Shown here: positions 49,396 to 59,535 of the stretch, in pieces | Numbering within the stretch: position 1 is the first letter of the stretch | Layout: every line of letters begins with the position of its first letter | Origin: Hoeflea sp. | GTDB taxonomy: Bacteria; Pseudomonadota; Alphaproteobacteria; Rhizobiales; Rhizobiaceae | Reading direction: 5' to 3' | DNA length: 64,000 nt | Assembly: GCF_030682515.1 (NCBI RefSeq) | Contig: NZ_JAUXOD010000135.1 | Span: 5,335 to 69,334 of the forward strand | Notes under the pieces: model-generated | The model's input: only the letters and a program-made list of their open reading frames with translations | Databases searched by the model: none | What the model was told of the DNA's origin: nothing | Made by a program: the position numbers and the translations under genes

Positions 49396-50048
49396 TATCG
49401 GCCAAACCGTGGCGCTTTTTCGTCAAGCACCGCATTGATTTCCGCGACAATGCGCGGGGCATCGGCGGGATCAGTGAAAACCGCCTTTCCGAAGGCGATG
49501 AACTCGGCCCGGGTCTGCGCCATCTCTTCGACAAAGGCCGTGCTGGTCCCGCCCATGATCATGCAGGGGATCTCGATCATGTCCGCCCACCATTCCGCCA
49601 GCGCCAGGTTCTTGGAATGCGGCTCGGGCTTGATGTCGCCGGCAATCGAGCCGAACATGACGTAGTCCGGCTGCGCTTCGCCGATGGAGAGGGCGGAATG
49701 GCGCTCGCGCGCGTTGCCGCCGCCCACGATCAGGCCCGGCGCATGGCGCCCGACGGCTTCCGCCATCGCCGTGGGTCCAACCTCGAGATGCAGACCGTCG
49801 CAGCGCACCCGCCCGGCAATCCGGGAATCGCCCGCCACAAGCGCGGCCGCGCCAGCAGCCTGGATGACCGGGACCACGACCTCGCAGCGCTTCTGGAAGC
49901 TCTTCTCGTCGAGCCCGTGCTGCGGAACGATCACCGAGGCGACATCGCCACCGCGCAGCGCATCCGCGGTCACCGCCGCCAGTACGGCGGCATCGGCGAT
50001 GTCTGGCGTCACAAGAACAAGGCGGCAGCGATTGATCGGATCGGTCAT
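49395..50048 (-). CDS. Thiamine-phosphate-synthase-like (ThiE/TenI fold) protein
   Basis: RCRLVLVTP, DGLHL, DYVMFG, WWADMIEIPC motifs. Start at ATG 50048. ThiE activity is not demonstrated. Confidence 0.75.
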   Translation of the reverse strand: MTDPINRCRLVLVTPDIADAAVLAAVTADALRGGDVASVIVPQHGLDEKSFQKRCEVVVPVIQAAGAAALVAGDSRIAGRVRCDGLHLEVGPTAMAEAVGRHAPGLIVGGGNARERHSALSIGEAQPDYVMFGSIAGDIKPEPHSKNLALAEWWADMIEIPCMIMGGTSTAFVEEMAQTRAEFIAFGKAVFTDPADAPRIVAEINAVLDEKAPRFGR

Positions 50049-50140
50049 GGAAGTTCCTGTCAGGGCCGGTGCTGAAAGCCGATATGGCCAATTGAATGCA
50101 AACGGGATAGACCGGCGCGGCACAAGGATCAACCACCCCG

Positions 50141-50917
50141 ATGATGACGGACCCGTACTTCTATGCCGCCGCCATTCCGGCCGTCATCATGGTCGGCCTG
50201 TCCAAGGGCGGCTTTGGCGGCGCCATGGCGCTCTTGGGCGTGCCGCTGATGTCGCTGACGATCTCGCCGGTGCAGGCCGCCGCGATCCTGCTGCCGATCC
50301 TCATCGTCATGGATATTGTCAGCCTCTGGAGCTGGCGCAGCCACAAGGACACCAGGACGCTCACCATCATGGTGCCCGGCGCGCTTGTGGGCATCGGCAT
50401 CGGCTGGGCCACCGCCGCCTGGGTCACGCCGTCCATGATCCGGCTGATCGTCGGCGCCGTGGCGCTCTGGTTCGTCTGGCGCTACGCGGTGCAGACCCTG
50501 GCCGCGGCCCGCGGCGGCGACAGGCAGGAGCCGCGCGGCCACCGCCCCCTGAGGGGCGTGATCTGGGGCGCCCTGTCCGGATTCACCAGCTTCGTCTCTC
50601 ATGCCGGCGGCCCGCCCTACCAGATCTACACTTTGCCGCTGAGGCAGGATCCGAAGACCTACACCGGAACCAGCGTCCGCTTCTTCGCCATCATCAACGC
50701 GATCAAGGTGGCGCCCTATTTCGCGCTTGGCCAATTCGACGCGACCAATCTGTCGACGGCGCTGGTGCTGGCGCCGCTCGCCCCGGTGGCGACTCTTGCG
50801 GGCGCCTACATCGTCCGCCGCATGAAGCCCGACATCTTCTACCCGTTCATGTATGCGATGGTGCTGCTCGCGTCCCTGAAACTGATCTGGGACGGGGCCG
50901 TTCACCTTCTGGCCTGA
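50141..50917 (+). CDS. TauE/SafE family (TSUP) membrane transporter
   Basis: GLSKGGFGG, SGFTSFVSHAGGPP duplicated halves; about 8 TM segments. Confidence 0.85.
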   Translation: MMTDPYFYAAAIPAVIMVGLSKGGFGGAMALLGVPLMSLTISPVQAAAILLPILIVMDIVSLWSWRSHKDTRTLTIMVPGALVGIGIGWATAAWVTPSMIRLIVGAVALWFVWRYAVQTLAAARGGDRQEPRGHRPLRGVIWGALSGFTSFVSHAGGPPYQIYTLPLRQDPKTYTGTSVRFFAIINAIKVAPYFALGQFDATNLSTALVLAPLAPVATLAGAYIVRRMKPDIFYPFMYAMVLLASLKLIWDGAVHLLA

Positions 50918-50983
50918 TGACAAGTCCCCCGCCAGGTGGTTTGATGTCGGACCGTCTTGACCATCATTCGCAGGATCCAGAGC

Positions 50984-52636
50984 TTGACCGCAAATCCCTA
51001 TGAAACCGATCTCGACCGCAATCCCGCCAATTACCAGCCTCTGACGCCGCTGGCCCATCTCGAACGCGCCGCGCTGATCCATCCCGATCGCACGGCCATC
51101 ATCCACGGCGCGATGCGGGTGAGCTACCGGAGCTTCCTGGAGCGGTCGAAACGGCTCGCCAACGCGCTGGCGGCGCTGGGGATCGGCAAGGGCGACACGG
51201 TCTCGGTGATGCTGTCCAACACCCCGGCGATGCTCGAGACCCATCACGGCGTGCCGATGCTGGGCGCGGTGCTGCATTCGATCAACACACGGCTCGACGC
51301 CCCGGCGATCGCCTTCCAGCTTGATCACGCCGAGTGCAGGGTGCTGATCGTCGACCGCGAGTTCTCCGCCGTCATGGCCCAGGCGCTCGATCTCGCGGAA
51401 GTCCGGCCCGTGGTGATCGATTATGACGACACCGAATACCCCGCCGACGCCCCCTTCCCCAAGGGCGACCGTATCGGCGCGCATGATTACACCGAGTTCG
51501 TTCTCGCGGCGTCGGCGGATTTCACCCGCACCCTGCCCGCCGATGAGTGGGAGTCAATTTCGCTCAACTACACCTCCGGCACCACCGGCAATCCCAAGGG
51601 CGTGGTCTATCATCATCGCGGCGCGGCGCTGATGGGCTATTCCAACGTGATCGCCTCGGGCATGGGCCGTCACCCGGTCTATCTGTGGACCCTGCCGATG
51701 TTTCACTGCAACGGCTGGTGCTTTCCCTGGACGCTCTCCGTCGTCGCGGGCACCCATGTCTGCCTGCGCTGGGTCCGGGCCAGGGCCATGTACGACGCCA
51801 TCGCCGACCACGGCGTCACCCATCTCTGCGGCGCGCCGATCGTCATGTCGACCCTGCTCAACGCCCCCGATACCGACAAGCGCGACTTCTCCCACACCGT
51901 AAGCTTCAACACCGCGGCTGCCCCTCCCCCCGAGGCCGTTCTCGCCGGCATGGCCGACGCGGGCTTCGAGGTGGTCCATCTCTACGGCCTGACCGAGACC
52001 TACGGGCCCGCTGTCGTCAACGAGTGGAAGGCCGAGTGGTCGGCGCTGGAGCGCGGCGCCAGGACCACGAAGAAGGCGCGGCAGGGCGTGCGCTACCCGG
52101 CGCTCGAGGACCTGGCGGTGATGGACCCGGAGACCATGGAGAAGACCCCCGCCGACGGCGAGACCATCGGCGAGGTGATGTTCCGCGGCAACATCGTCAT
52201 GAAAGGCTATCTCAAGAACCCCGCGGCCAGCGCGGAGGCGTTCCGCGGCGGCTGGTTCCACTCCGGCGATCTGGGCGTCATGCATCCCGACGGCTACCTG
52301 CAGCTCAAGGACCGGTCCAAGGACATCATCATTTCCGGCGGCGAGAACATCTCCTCCATCGAGGTGGAGGACGCGCTCTACAAGCATCCCGCCATCCTCG
52401 CCGCAGCCGTGGTGGCGCGGCCCGACGACAAATGGGGCGAGACGCCCTGCGCCTTTGTCGAACTCCGCCCCGGCCACAGCCTGACGGAAGCCGAAGTGAT
52501 CGACCATTGCCGCGGGCTGCTCGCCCGGTTCAAATGTCCGCGCACCGTGATCTTTCACGAAGTCCCCAAGACATCGACCGGCAAGATCCAGAAATACCTG
52601 CTCCGCGACGAGGCCCGGACACTCGGCGCGTCGTGA
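50984..52636 (+). CDS. Acyl-CoA synthetase (AMP-forming)
   Basis: YTSGTTGNPKG, YGLTET, FHSGD, DRSKDIIISGGENIS, PKTSTGKIQK. TTG start inferred at 50984 (AGGA upstream). Confidence 0.9.
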   Translation: MTANPYETDLDRNPANYQPLTPLAHLERAALIHPDRTAIIHGAMRVSYRSFLERSKRLANALAALGIGKGDTVSVMLSNTPAMLETHHGVPMLGAVLHSINTRLDAPAIAFQLDHAECRVLIVDREFSAVMAQALDLAEVRPVVIDYDDTEYPADAPFPKGDRIGAHDYTEFVLAASADFTRTLPADEWESISLNYTSGTTGNPKGVVYHHRGAALMGYSNVIASGMGRHPVYLWTLPMFHCNGWCFPWTLSVVAGTHVCLRWVRARAMYDAIADHGVTHLCGAPIVMSTLLNAPDTDKRDFSHTVSFNTAAAPPPEAVLAGMADAGFEVVHLYGLTETYGPAVVNEWKAEWSALERGARTTKKARQGVRYPALEDLAVMDPETMEKTPADGETIGEVMFRGNIVMKGYLKNPAASAEAFRGGWFHSGDLGVMHPDGYLQLKDRSKDIIISGGENISSIEVEDALYKHPAILAAAVVARPDDKWGETPCAFVELRPGHSLTEAEVIDHCRGLLARFKCPRTVIFHEVPKTSTGKIQKYLLRDEARTLGAS

Positions 52637-52726
52637 TGGCACGGACGGGTTCTACACCACGAGATCCCTTGGTTGCAGTGCACATAAAGACTTGCCCGGC
52701 CGGTTGCTTTAAATTACCGTGACTGG

Positions 52727-52984
52727 ATGACAACGGATGCTTTTCAAGCCATCGCTGATCCCAACAGGCGGCATATCCTGGAAGAGCTGCGCCGCCAGCC
52801 GCGCACCGTCAACGAACTGGCGAACGGCCTGCCGATCAGCCGCCCGGCAGTGTCCCAGCATCTCAAGGCGCTGCTCGACTGCAAGCTGGTGACGGTCACC
52901 AACAAGGGCACGCGCCGGATCTATGCCGTCAACACCGGCGGGTTCCTGCATCTGAACCTCTGGATCGACCAGTTCTGGTCCTGA
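52727..52984 (+). CDS. ArsR/SmtB-family transcriptional regulator
   Basis: FQAIADPNRRHILEEL, ISRPAVSQHLKAL. Confidence 0.85.
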   Translation: MTTDAFQAIADPNRRHILEELRRQPRTVNELANGLPISRPAVSQHLKALLDCKLVTVTNKGTRRIYAVNTGGFLHLNLWIDQFWS

Positions 52985-53017
52985 GCAAGAGCTTGCTCTT
53001 CGAGACAACCCGAAAAT

Positions 53018-53045
53018 AAAAAAGCGCGGGGGAATTTCCCCGCGC
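53018..53045 (-). terminator. Intrinsic terminator after the minus-strand DUF465 gene
   Basis: gcgcgggg/ccccgcgc stem with a 6-U tract on the minus strand. Confidence 0.65.
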
Positions 53046-53073
53046 CTGTCATCTTGGTGTCATGCAGTCGTGA

Positions 53074-53250
53074 TCAATGTTGCGTGTCTGAGCGCAACCG
53101 ATTGATCTGATCCTTGAGGCGTAGTTTTCGCCGCTTGATCTCGACAATCTCCTCGTCATGGACTGATGGCTGCGCTTGCACTGAGCGAAGTTCGGCTTCA
53201 AGTTCACCGTGCTTTTTCTCAAGCGTGGCAAGATGAGCATCAATCGACAT
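53074..53250 (-). CDS. DUF465/YdcH-family small protein
   Basis: MSIDAHLATLEKKHGELE..IKRRKLRLKDQI; AAGGAG RBS. Confidence 0.8.
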   Translation of the reverse strand: MSIDAHLATLEKKHGELEAELRSVQAQPSVHDEEIVEIKRRKLRLKDQINRLRSDTQH

Positions 53251-53461
53251 GGGCGACTCCTTTGGTGGGATGCACCGGCGCCGGAACACCGGAGCAAATC
53301 GTTTGTTGACACCGGCGAGTGTGCCACGGCTTTTTCCTTTTGTCGAAGATGATTTCTTGATTGGGGATAACTTCCTGTTACACCCGATTCTGTGCTAGGA
53401 GCGCCGGAAAGACGAACACGTCGGACCAGCGCCGACAGGATGCGTGAGACGGGGAAACTCT

Positions 53462-53665
53462 ATGTCCGATCAGGAACAGGCGGAGCGTCGTATGCTCGTG
53501 GCGCGGCTGCGCCACGAGCACGAGGACTTCGACGTTGCGATTAACGCCATGATTCAGACTGGTTGCGACCAGCTGCGCATTCAGCGCATGAAAAAGAAGA
53601 AGCTGGCGATCAAGGACAAGATCACCGAGCTCGAGGACCAGCTCATCCCCGATATCATAGCCTGA
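53462..53665 (+). CDS. DUF465/YdcH-family small protein (second copy, divergent)
   Basis: [33 protein letters not shown]. Confidence 0.82.
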   Translation: MSDQEQAERRMLVARLRHEHEDFDVAINAMIQTGCDQLRIQRMKKKKLAIKDKITELEDQLIPDIIA

Positions 53666-53678
53666 CGGGGAGTTGCGC

Positions 53679-54179
53679 ATGACCCTTGCTGAACCCCCGA
53701 AGGTCGCCGTGATCATGGGCAGTCAGTCTGACTGGCCCACAATGAGACACGCCTGCGAGACGCTTGCGGAACTCGGGATTTCCAACGCCTCCCGGATCGT
53801 CTCGGCACACCGCACCCCCGAGCGTCTTGTGTCCTTCGCCAAGGGCGCACGCGCCGAGGGGTTCAAGGTGATCATCGCCGGCGCAGGAGGGGCTGCCCAT
53901 CTGCCCGGCATGACCGCCGCCTTCACGCCGCTGCCCGTCTTCGGGGTCCCGGTGGAATCCAGGGCGCTGTCGGGGCAGGACAGTCTTCTCTCCATTGTGC
54001 AGATGCCCGCTGGCATTCCCGTCGGCACATTGGCGATCGGCAAGGCCGGCGCGATCAATGCCGCCCTGCTTGCTGCCGCCGTGCTTGCCCTGTCCGACCC
54101 GGCGCTGGCGGAGCGGCTCGACGCCTGGCGCCAGGCCCGCACCGACGCGGTGGCCGATCACCCGGTCGACCAGCCATGA
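53679..54179 (+). CDS. purE: N5-CAIR mutase
   Basis: [38 protein letters not shown]. Confidence 0.97.
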   Translation: MTLAEPPKVAVIMGSQSDWPTMRHACETLAELGISNASRIVSAHRTPERLVSFAKGARAEGFKVIIAGAGGAAHLPGMTAAFTPLPVFGVPVESRALSGQDSLLSIVQMPAGIPVGTLAIGKAGAINAALLAAAVLALSDPALAERLDAWRQARTDAVADHPVDQP

Positions 54180-55273
54180 ACGCCCAACCGCTTCCGCCCG
54201 GCTCCGTCATCGGCATCATCGGCGGCGGTCAGCTGGGCCGCATGCTGGCGATGGCTGCGGCCAGGCTAGGCTACAAGACCATCATCCTGGAACCCGATCT
54301 CCATGCCCCCGCGGCGCAGGTCGCCAACAGCCAGATCGTCGCCCGTTATGACGACCCCGAAGCGCTCGACCAGCTGGCGACGCTCTGCGATGTCGTGACC
54401 TACGAATTCGAGAACGTGCCCGTCGGGGCCGTCCGGTCGCTGGAAGCGCGCGTCCCGGTCCGCCCGGGCTCGAAAGCGCTCGAGGTGGCCCAGGACCGTT
54501 TGCGCGAAAAGGCTGTGGCGCGGGAGCTCGGCGCCGAAACCGCCCTGTTCGCCGCCGTGTCGAGCCGCAAGGACCTGGAGCAGGCCATCCTCGCCACCGG
54601 GCTGCCGGCTGTGCTCAAGACCACGCGGCTCGGCTATGACGGCAAGGGCCAGGCGAAGCTGGTCCGGCCGGACGACGCGGATGCCGCCTTCGCCGCCATG
54701 AACGGCCAGATGGCCATTCTCGAATCCTTCGTCCACTTCCAGAGCGAAGTCTCGGTCATTGCCGCGCGGGGCGTATCGGGCGAAGTCCAGGCCTTCGATG
54801 TCGTCCAGAACGTCCACCGCGACCACATCCTGCATACCTCGACCGTTCCTTCCGAGCTTGGACCCGAGGCCTGCGCCGAAGCCCTCAGAATTGCCGAGGC
54901 CATTGCCCATCATCTCGACTATGTCGGCGTGTTCGCCGTCGAGTTCTTCGCTGTCCGCGACGGGGACGGGCACCGGATGCTGGTCAACGAAATCGCCCCG
55001 AGGGTTCACAATTCCGGACACTGGACCGAGGCCGCCTGCGCGATCTCGCAATTCGAGCAGCATATCCGCGCGATTGCCGGACTGCCGCTCGGCGATCCCA
55101 GACGCCATTCCGATTGCGTCATGGAGAACCTGATCGGCGACGATGTCCACAGGCTCGCCGAGCTGGCGGCCGAACCCGGCGCCGTGATCCATCTCTATGG
55201 AAAATCGGACGCGCGACCCGGCCGCAAGATGGGCCATGTGACCCGTATCACGCCGCGGAACCGGACTTCCTGA
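54176..55273 (+). CDS. purK: N5-CAIR synthetase
   Basis: [37 protein letters not shown]...PGRKMGH. Confidence 0.97.
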   Translation: MNAQPLPPGSVIGIIGGGQLGRMLAMAAARLGYKTIILEPDLHAPAAQVANSQIVARYDDPEALDQLATLCDVVTYEFENVPVGAVRSLEARVPVRPGSKALEVAQDRLREKAVARELGAETALFAAVSSRKDLEQAILATGLPAVLKTTRLGYDGKGQAKLVRPDDADAAFAAMNGQMAILESFVHFQSEVSVIAARGVSGEVQAFDVVQNVHRDHILHTSTVPSELGPEACAEALRIAEAIAHHLDYVGVFAVEFFAVRDGDGHRMLVNEIAPRVHNSGHWTEAACAISQFEQHIRAIAGLPLGDPRRHSDCVMENLIGDDVHRLAELAAEPGAVIHLYGKSDARPGRKMGHVTRITPRNRTS

Positions 55274-55423
55274 GCGCATCCGGGACGGGAAAACGCCGTC
55301 CCGGAGTTGACAGCAAATGCCCAAGCGGCTACATGCCGTCCCAACCGATGAGCGCGTCCCTGGCTGGCGCGCTTTTGATTGAATAGGCGGCCCGGCCGCC
55401 CAGATAACACGCGGATCAGAACA

Positions 55424-55549
55424 ATGAAGATCAAGAATTCGCTTAAGGCGCTCAAGGCCCGTCACCGCGACAACCGTCTGGTTCGCCGCAAGGGCCGGGT
55501 CTACATCATCAACAAGCTGAACCCGCGTTTCAAGGCTCGTCAGGGCTGA
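55424..55549 (+). CDS. rpmJ: 50S ribosomal protein L36 (Cys-free type)
   Basis: Below the ORF-track cutoff; manual translation [41 protein letters not shown]. Promoter TTGACA (55307)-17 nt-TACATG. Confidence 0.96.
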   Translation: MKIKNSLKALKARHRDNRLVRRKGRVYIINKLNPRFKARQG

Positions 55550-55618
55550 AGCAGCGGCCGCTTGGCCCACACTGACAATTGCATTTGAAATTTGGCGCGG
55601 ACGGACTAGTTTTCCGTC

Positions 55619-56230
55619 ATGCGCCATTTTCTGTTTGCCCATGCCCTCGCCCTGCCCGTCGCCGCCGCCCTGTTCGCAGGCTCGGCGGTGAGTCACGCAT
55701 CGGCCCAAGCCACGCCCGAGCCTCCGGCGTCCGGCGCGGCGGTCAAGCCCGCCGACACGCTCGACAACCTGTTTTCCGAACTCAAGCGCGAGCGCGACGA
55801 CCAGCAGGCCAAGCGAATCAGCGAACGGATCTGGGCGAAATGGCGTGATTCGGGCAGCGCCACCGTCAATCTGATGATGCAATGGGCCGACAAGGCCGTC
55901 ACCGACAACAAGAATGGCCTGGCGCTGGATCTCCTGGACCAGGTCGTTGTCCTGGAGCCGGATTATGTCGAGGGATGGAACCGCAGGGCGACCTTGCATT
56001 TCATGATGGGCAACCACGGCAAGTCGATGGTGGACATCAACCGGGTCCTGACGCTCGAGCCGCGCCATTTCGGCGCCATAGCCGGCATGGCCGCCATCCT
56101 CGCGGTCTCGGGAAACGCCGAACTCGAACTGCGGGCCTGGGAGCAGATGCTGGAGATCTATCCGGCCAGCCGCCAGGCCCAGAAGAAGGTGGGTGAGCTG
56201 GCCGACAAGCTTGCCGGCAGCAGGACCTGA
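55619..56230 (+). CDS. Exported TPR protein
   Basis: Signal peptide; EGWNRRATL, LEPRHFGA TPR motifs. Confidence 0.8.
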   Translation: MRHFLFAHALALPVAAALFAGSAVSHASAQATPEPPASGAAVKPADTLDNLFSELKRERDDQQAKRISERIWAKWRDSGSATVNLMMQWADKAVTDNKNGLALDLLDQVVVLEPDYVEGWNRRATLHFMMGNHGKSMVDINRVLTLEPRHFGAIAGMAAILAVSGNAELELRAWEQMLEIYPASRQAQKKVGELADKLAGSRT

Positions 56231-56316
56231 TTGCCCCTGAAACTTTATCCGCACTTCATCGTCCTGGAAGAGGGGCAGACGCGCCCCTCCTTCCAGCGCC
56301 CCGAAACTGATGTCCC

Positions 56317-57378
56317 ATGGCCCTCCCCAAAGCGATTCGAACCTACATGATCTATCTTGTCCTGGCGCTGGCCCTGCTGCTCGCCGGTCTCGTCACGTGG
56401 TCCCAGGTGAAGGCCCGCGAAATCGAGGCGATGTATCCGCCCATCGGCGAGATGATCGATGTCGGCGGCTACAGTCTTCACGCCCTTCATGTCCCGCGTC
56501 CCGGCACGGCCGACCTGCCGCCGCTCGTGTTCATTCACGGTGCCAGCGGCAATTTGCGCGATCAGCTTGTCCCCTTCGGAAGGGAACTGGAAGGCCGCGC
56601 CGAGATGCTGTTCATCGATCGACCCGGACATGGCTGGTCGGAGCGCGGCGGCAGCAAGAACAACACTCCCGACGGCCAGGCCGAGGCCATCGCCCGCGCG
56701 ATGCGGGCCAAGGGAATTTCCAGGGCCATCATCATCGGCCATTCCTTCGGCGGCGCGATTGCGGCAAGTCTTGCGCTCGGCCATCCCGAGATGACGGCCG
56801 GTCTGGTATTCCTGGCGCCCGCCACCCATCCCTGGCCGGGCGGGATCGCCTGGTATTACGGCCTGACGAGCACGCCGCTGATCGGCCCGCTGTTCGCCCA
56901 CACGCTGGCGCTGCCCGCCGGGCTCACCCGGATCGACAGCGGGTCGGCCTGCGTGTTCGCGCCCAATCCGACACCTGGTGACTATGTCACCCAGACGGGT
57001 CCGGCGCTGGTGCTCAGGCCGGCAGCGTTTCGCAACAACGCCGTCGATGTCCATAACCTCAAGCCCTACGCCACCCGCGTGGCGCCGCGGTACAGCGAAA
57101 TCACCGCGCCGACGGTCATCATCACCGGCGACAGTGATTCGATCGTGCTGGCCCATATTCACTCCGAGGGACTGGCGCGCGACATACAAGGGGCAGAACT
57201 GCTCTGGATCCGCAATCTCGGCCACAAGCCCGATCACGTCACCCCCGGCCTTGCCGTGAAGGCGATCGAGAAGGTGGCGGGATTCCCGGTGGATCTCAAG
57301 GCCGCGGCCGTAGCGGCCGAGGCAGCGCTCGCCGGAGACGATGCAGCCTGTCCCGGCGAAGCTCCCTCCGCCGGATAA
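56317..57378 (+). CDS. Alpha/beta hydrolase with an N-terminal membrane anchor
   Basis: HGAS oxyanion motif, DRPGHG, GHSFG nucleophile elbow, GHKP. Confidence 0.85.
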   Translation: MALPKAIRTYMIYLVLALALLLAGLVTWSQVKAREIEAMYPPIGEMIDVGGYSLHALHVPRPGTADLPPLVFIHGASGNLRDQLVPFGRELEGRAEMLFIDRPGHGWSERGGSKNNTPDGQAEAIARAMRAKGISRAIIIGHSFGGAIAASLALGHPEMTAGLVFLAPATHPWPGGIAWYYGLTSTPLIGPLFAHTLALPAGLTRIDSGSACVFAPNPTPGDYVTQTGPALVLRPAAFRNNAVDVHNLKPYATRVAPRYSEITAPTVIITGDSDSIVLAHIHSEGLARDIQGAELLWIRNLGHKPDHVTPGLAVKAIEKVAGFPVDLKAAAVAAEAALAGDDAACPGEAPSAG

Positions 57379-57410
57379 AAGGCCGCGTCAGCGATCCCTT
57401 GTGCGGGCTG

Positions 57411-58850
57411 TCAGATCCCGGTCATGCCGTCCGAGCCGATATAGGCGATGCGCAGCATGTTGGTGGATCCCGGCGTGCCGAGCGGCACGCCTGCCGAAAT
57501 GATAATGCGATCGCCGGGCTTGCCGAAACCTTCGCGGAAGGCAATCCGGCAGGCGCGATCGACCATGTCGTCGAGATCGGTCGCATCCTGGGTCACCACG
57601 CAATGCAGGCCCCAGACGACCGACAGCCGCCGCGCGGTCTGGATCACCGGCGAGAGCGCAATGATCGGCACATTCGGCCGCTCGCGGGCGGCGCGCAGGC
57701 CGGTATTGCCGGACGAGGTGTAGCAGACGATGGCCGACAGATTGAGCGTTTCGGCGATCTGGCGCGCGGCGAGAGAAATCGCATCGGCGCCGGTGGCGTC
57801 GGGCTGCGGCCGCTGCGAATAGATGATGCCCGGATAATTCGGGTCGCGCTCCACCTTGCGGGCGATCGACGCCATCATGGTGACGGCTTCGACCGGATAA
57901 TCGCCGGCCGCCGATTCCGCCGACAGCATCACCGCATCGGCGCCCTCGAACACGGCGGTTGCCACGTCGGAGACTTCGGCGCGGGTCGGGACCGCCGCCG
58001 AGATCATCGATTCCAGCATCTGTGTCGCGACCACCACCGGCTTGCCGGCCCTGCGGCAGGCGCGGGTCAGCTGCTTCTGGATCCCCGGCACGGATTCGAT
58101 CGGCATCTCGACGCCGAGATCGCCGCGCGCCACCATCAGCGCATCCGACAATTCGATGATTTCGTCGATGCGTTCCAGCGCCTGCGGCTTTTCGATCTTC
58201 GACATCAGGCCGACGCGGCCGCGGGCGATCTTGCGGACTTCGGCCAGGTCCTCGGGCCGCTGAATGAACGACAGGGCCACCCAGTCGACATCGTTGATGG
58301 CGAGGACGGCGTCCAGATCGCTCCTGTCCTTCTCGGTCAGCGCGCCGACCCCGAGCGTGGTATCGGGCAGGCTGACGCCCTTCTTGTCGGAGATCTTGGT
58401 GCCGGCGACGACTGTGCAGGTAATCGAGGTCTTGTCGGAGTGGGTGGCGAGCAGCTGCAACCGCCCGTCATCGATCAAGAGCCGGTGGCCCGGCTGGACC
58501 GCCTCGAGGATTTCCGGATGTGGCAGGAACACGCGCGTCGAATCGCCTGGCTCGTCGCGGTTGTCCAAGGTGAATGTCTGGCCGGCGGCCAGCGTCGCCG
58601 ATCCTTCGGCGAATTTTCCCACGCGCAGTTTCGGCCCCTGAAGGTCGGCAAGAATGCCGATCGGGCGACCGCATTTCTTCTCCACCGCGCGGATCCGGCC
58701 GACCAGCGTGCGCATCAGCTCATGGCTGGAATGGCTCATGTTGATGCGGAACAGATCGGCGCCGGCCTCATGCAGCTTCTGGATCATCGCTTCGTCCGAC
58801 GACGCGGGTCCCAGAGTCGCGAGAATTTTCACATTGCGAAGACGCTTCAT
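57411..58850 (-). CDS. pyk: Pyruvate kinase
   Basis: KILATLGPAS, FRINMSH, DLQGPKLR, KIEKPQA, MVARGDLGVE, ATQMLESM. Start at ATG 58850. Confidence 0.97.
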   Translation of the reverse strand: MKRLRNVKILATLGPASSDEAMIQKLHEAGADLFRINMSHSSHELMRTLVGRIRAVEKKCGRPIGILADLQGPKLRVGKFAEGSATLAAGQTFTLDNRDEPGDSTRVFLPHPEILEAVQPGHRLLIDDGRLQLLATHSDKTSITCTVVAGTKISDKKGVSLPDTTLGVGALTEKDRSDLDAVLAINDVDWVALSFIQRPEDLAEVRKIARGRVGLMSKIEKPQALERIDEIIELSDALMVARGDLGVEMPIESVPGIQKQLTRACRRAGKPVVVATQMLESMISAAVPTRAEVSDVATAVFEGADAVMLSAESAAGDYPVEAVTMMASIARKVERDPNYPGIIYSQRPQPDATGADAISLAARQIAETLNLSAIVCYTSSGNTGLRAARERPNVPIIALSPVIQTARRLSVVWGLHCVVTQDATDLDDMVDRACRIAFREGFGKPGDRIIISAGVPLGTPGSTNMLRIAYIGSDGMTGI

Positions 58851-59323
58851 CAATTTTGGCTTTCCGGCGCTTCCGGGGCATCCGAGAGCTGGACCATCCA
58901 ACTGCCTTGCCGTCCGGTGTCGTATTCCTTGAACCCCACGCGCTGAAAACCACGAGCGAAACAGTCCTCGACCCCGACAATGCGGAATTCATTGTCGGCG
59001 ACGCACATGTTGATGTCTCCGGCCCACCGTCCACCGCCACCGGCATCCTCGGCATAGAGATAATAGTACCGCGAACCCAGTTGACCCTCGATCAGCGTGG
59101 CGCAGGAGTTGGCCGGGATCTGCCACCAGCCTTCCGTCACCCAGCCCTCCGCCGTGCGGTAGCCGATCGCGCCGCCGACCAGGGATTGCGTGCCGTTACA
59201 GACCCGGAAATCCGCCCTGGCCTGACTGACGGAGGCGAGCATCAATGCCCCGAGCGTCAGGGGAATGAGGACGGCAAATCTGGTGATGGAGGCATAGGCT
59301 TTTGGCAACTTGCGAAACATCAA
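58850..59323 (-). CDS. DUF1036-family exported protein
   Basis: ARADFRVCN, GWVTEGWW, YYYLYAED, DCFARGF, EYDTG; stop overlaps the pyk start. Confidence 0.8.
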   Translation of the reverse strand: MMFRKLPKAYASITRFAVLIPLTLGALMLASVSQARADFRVCNGTQSLVGGAIGYRTAEGWVTEGWWQIPANSCATLIEGQLGSRYYYLYAEDAGGGGRWAGDINMCVADNEFRIVGVEDCFARGFQRVGFKEYDTGRQGSWMVQLSDAPEAPESQN

Positions 59324-59535
59324 TTTCGGTCAGTCTCCGCTTGGGGCTTATGGTTTGCTTTTTGCGCCGGAGGGGCGTGAAAGTCAACGAACGACGCCAG
59401 ACTAAAGTCAGGCGCTGCAAGCTATCATAAACGGCGAGAATGCAAAGAACCTGATCCGGAAGGTTGCCCGGACGCCATGGCTGTGCCATTGATCCGACCC
59501 TGTCACCCGTCCCAATCTCCGTATCCGAACCCGCC

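Noticed and set aside
40497-55549. Cys-free L31 and L36 as a possible zinc-sparing paralog system
   Set aside because: Cys-free forms are the usual versions in alphaproteobacteria; the genes are unlinked and no Zur box was recognised.
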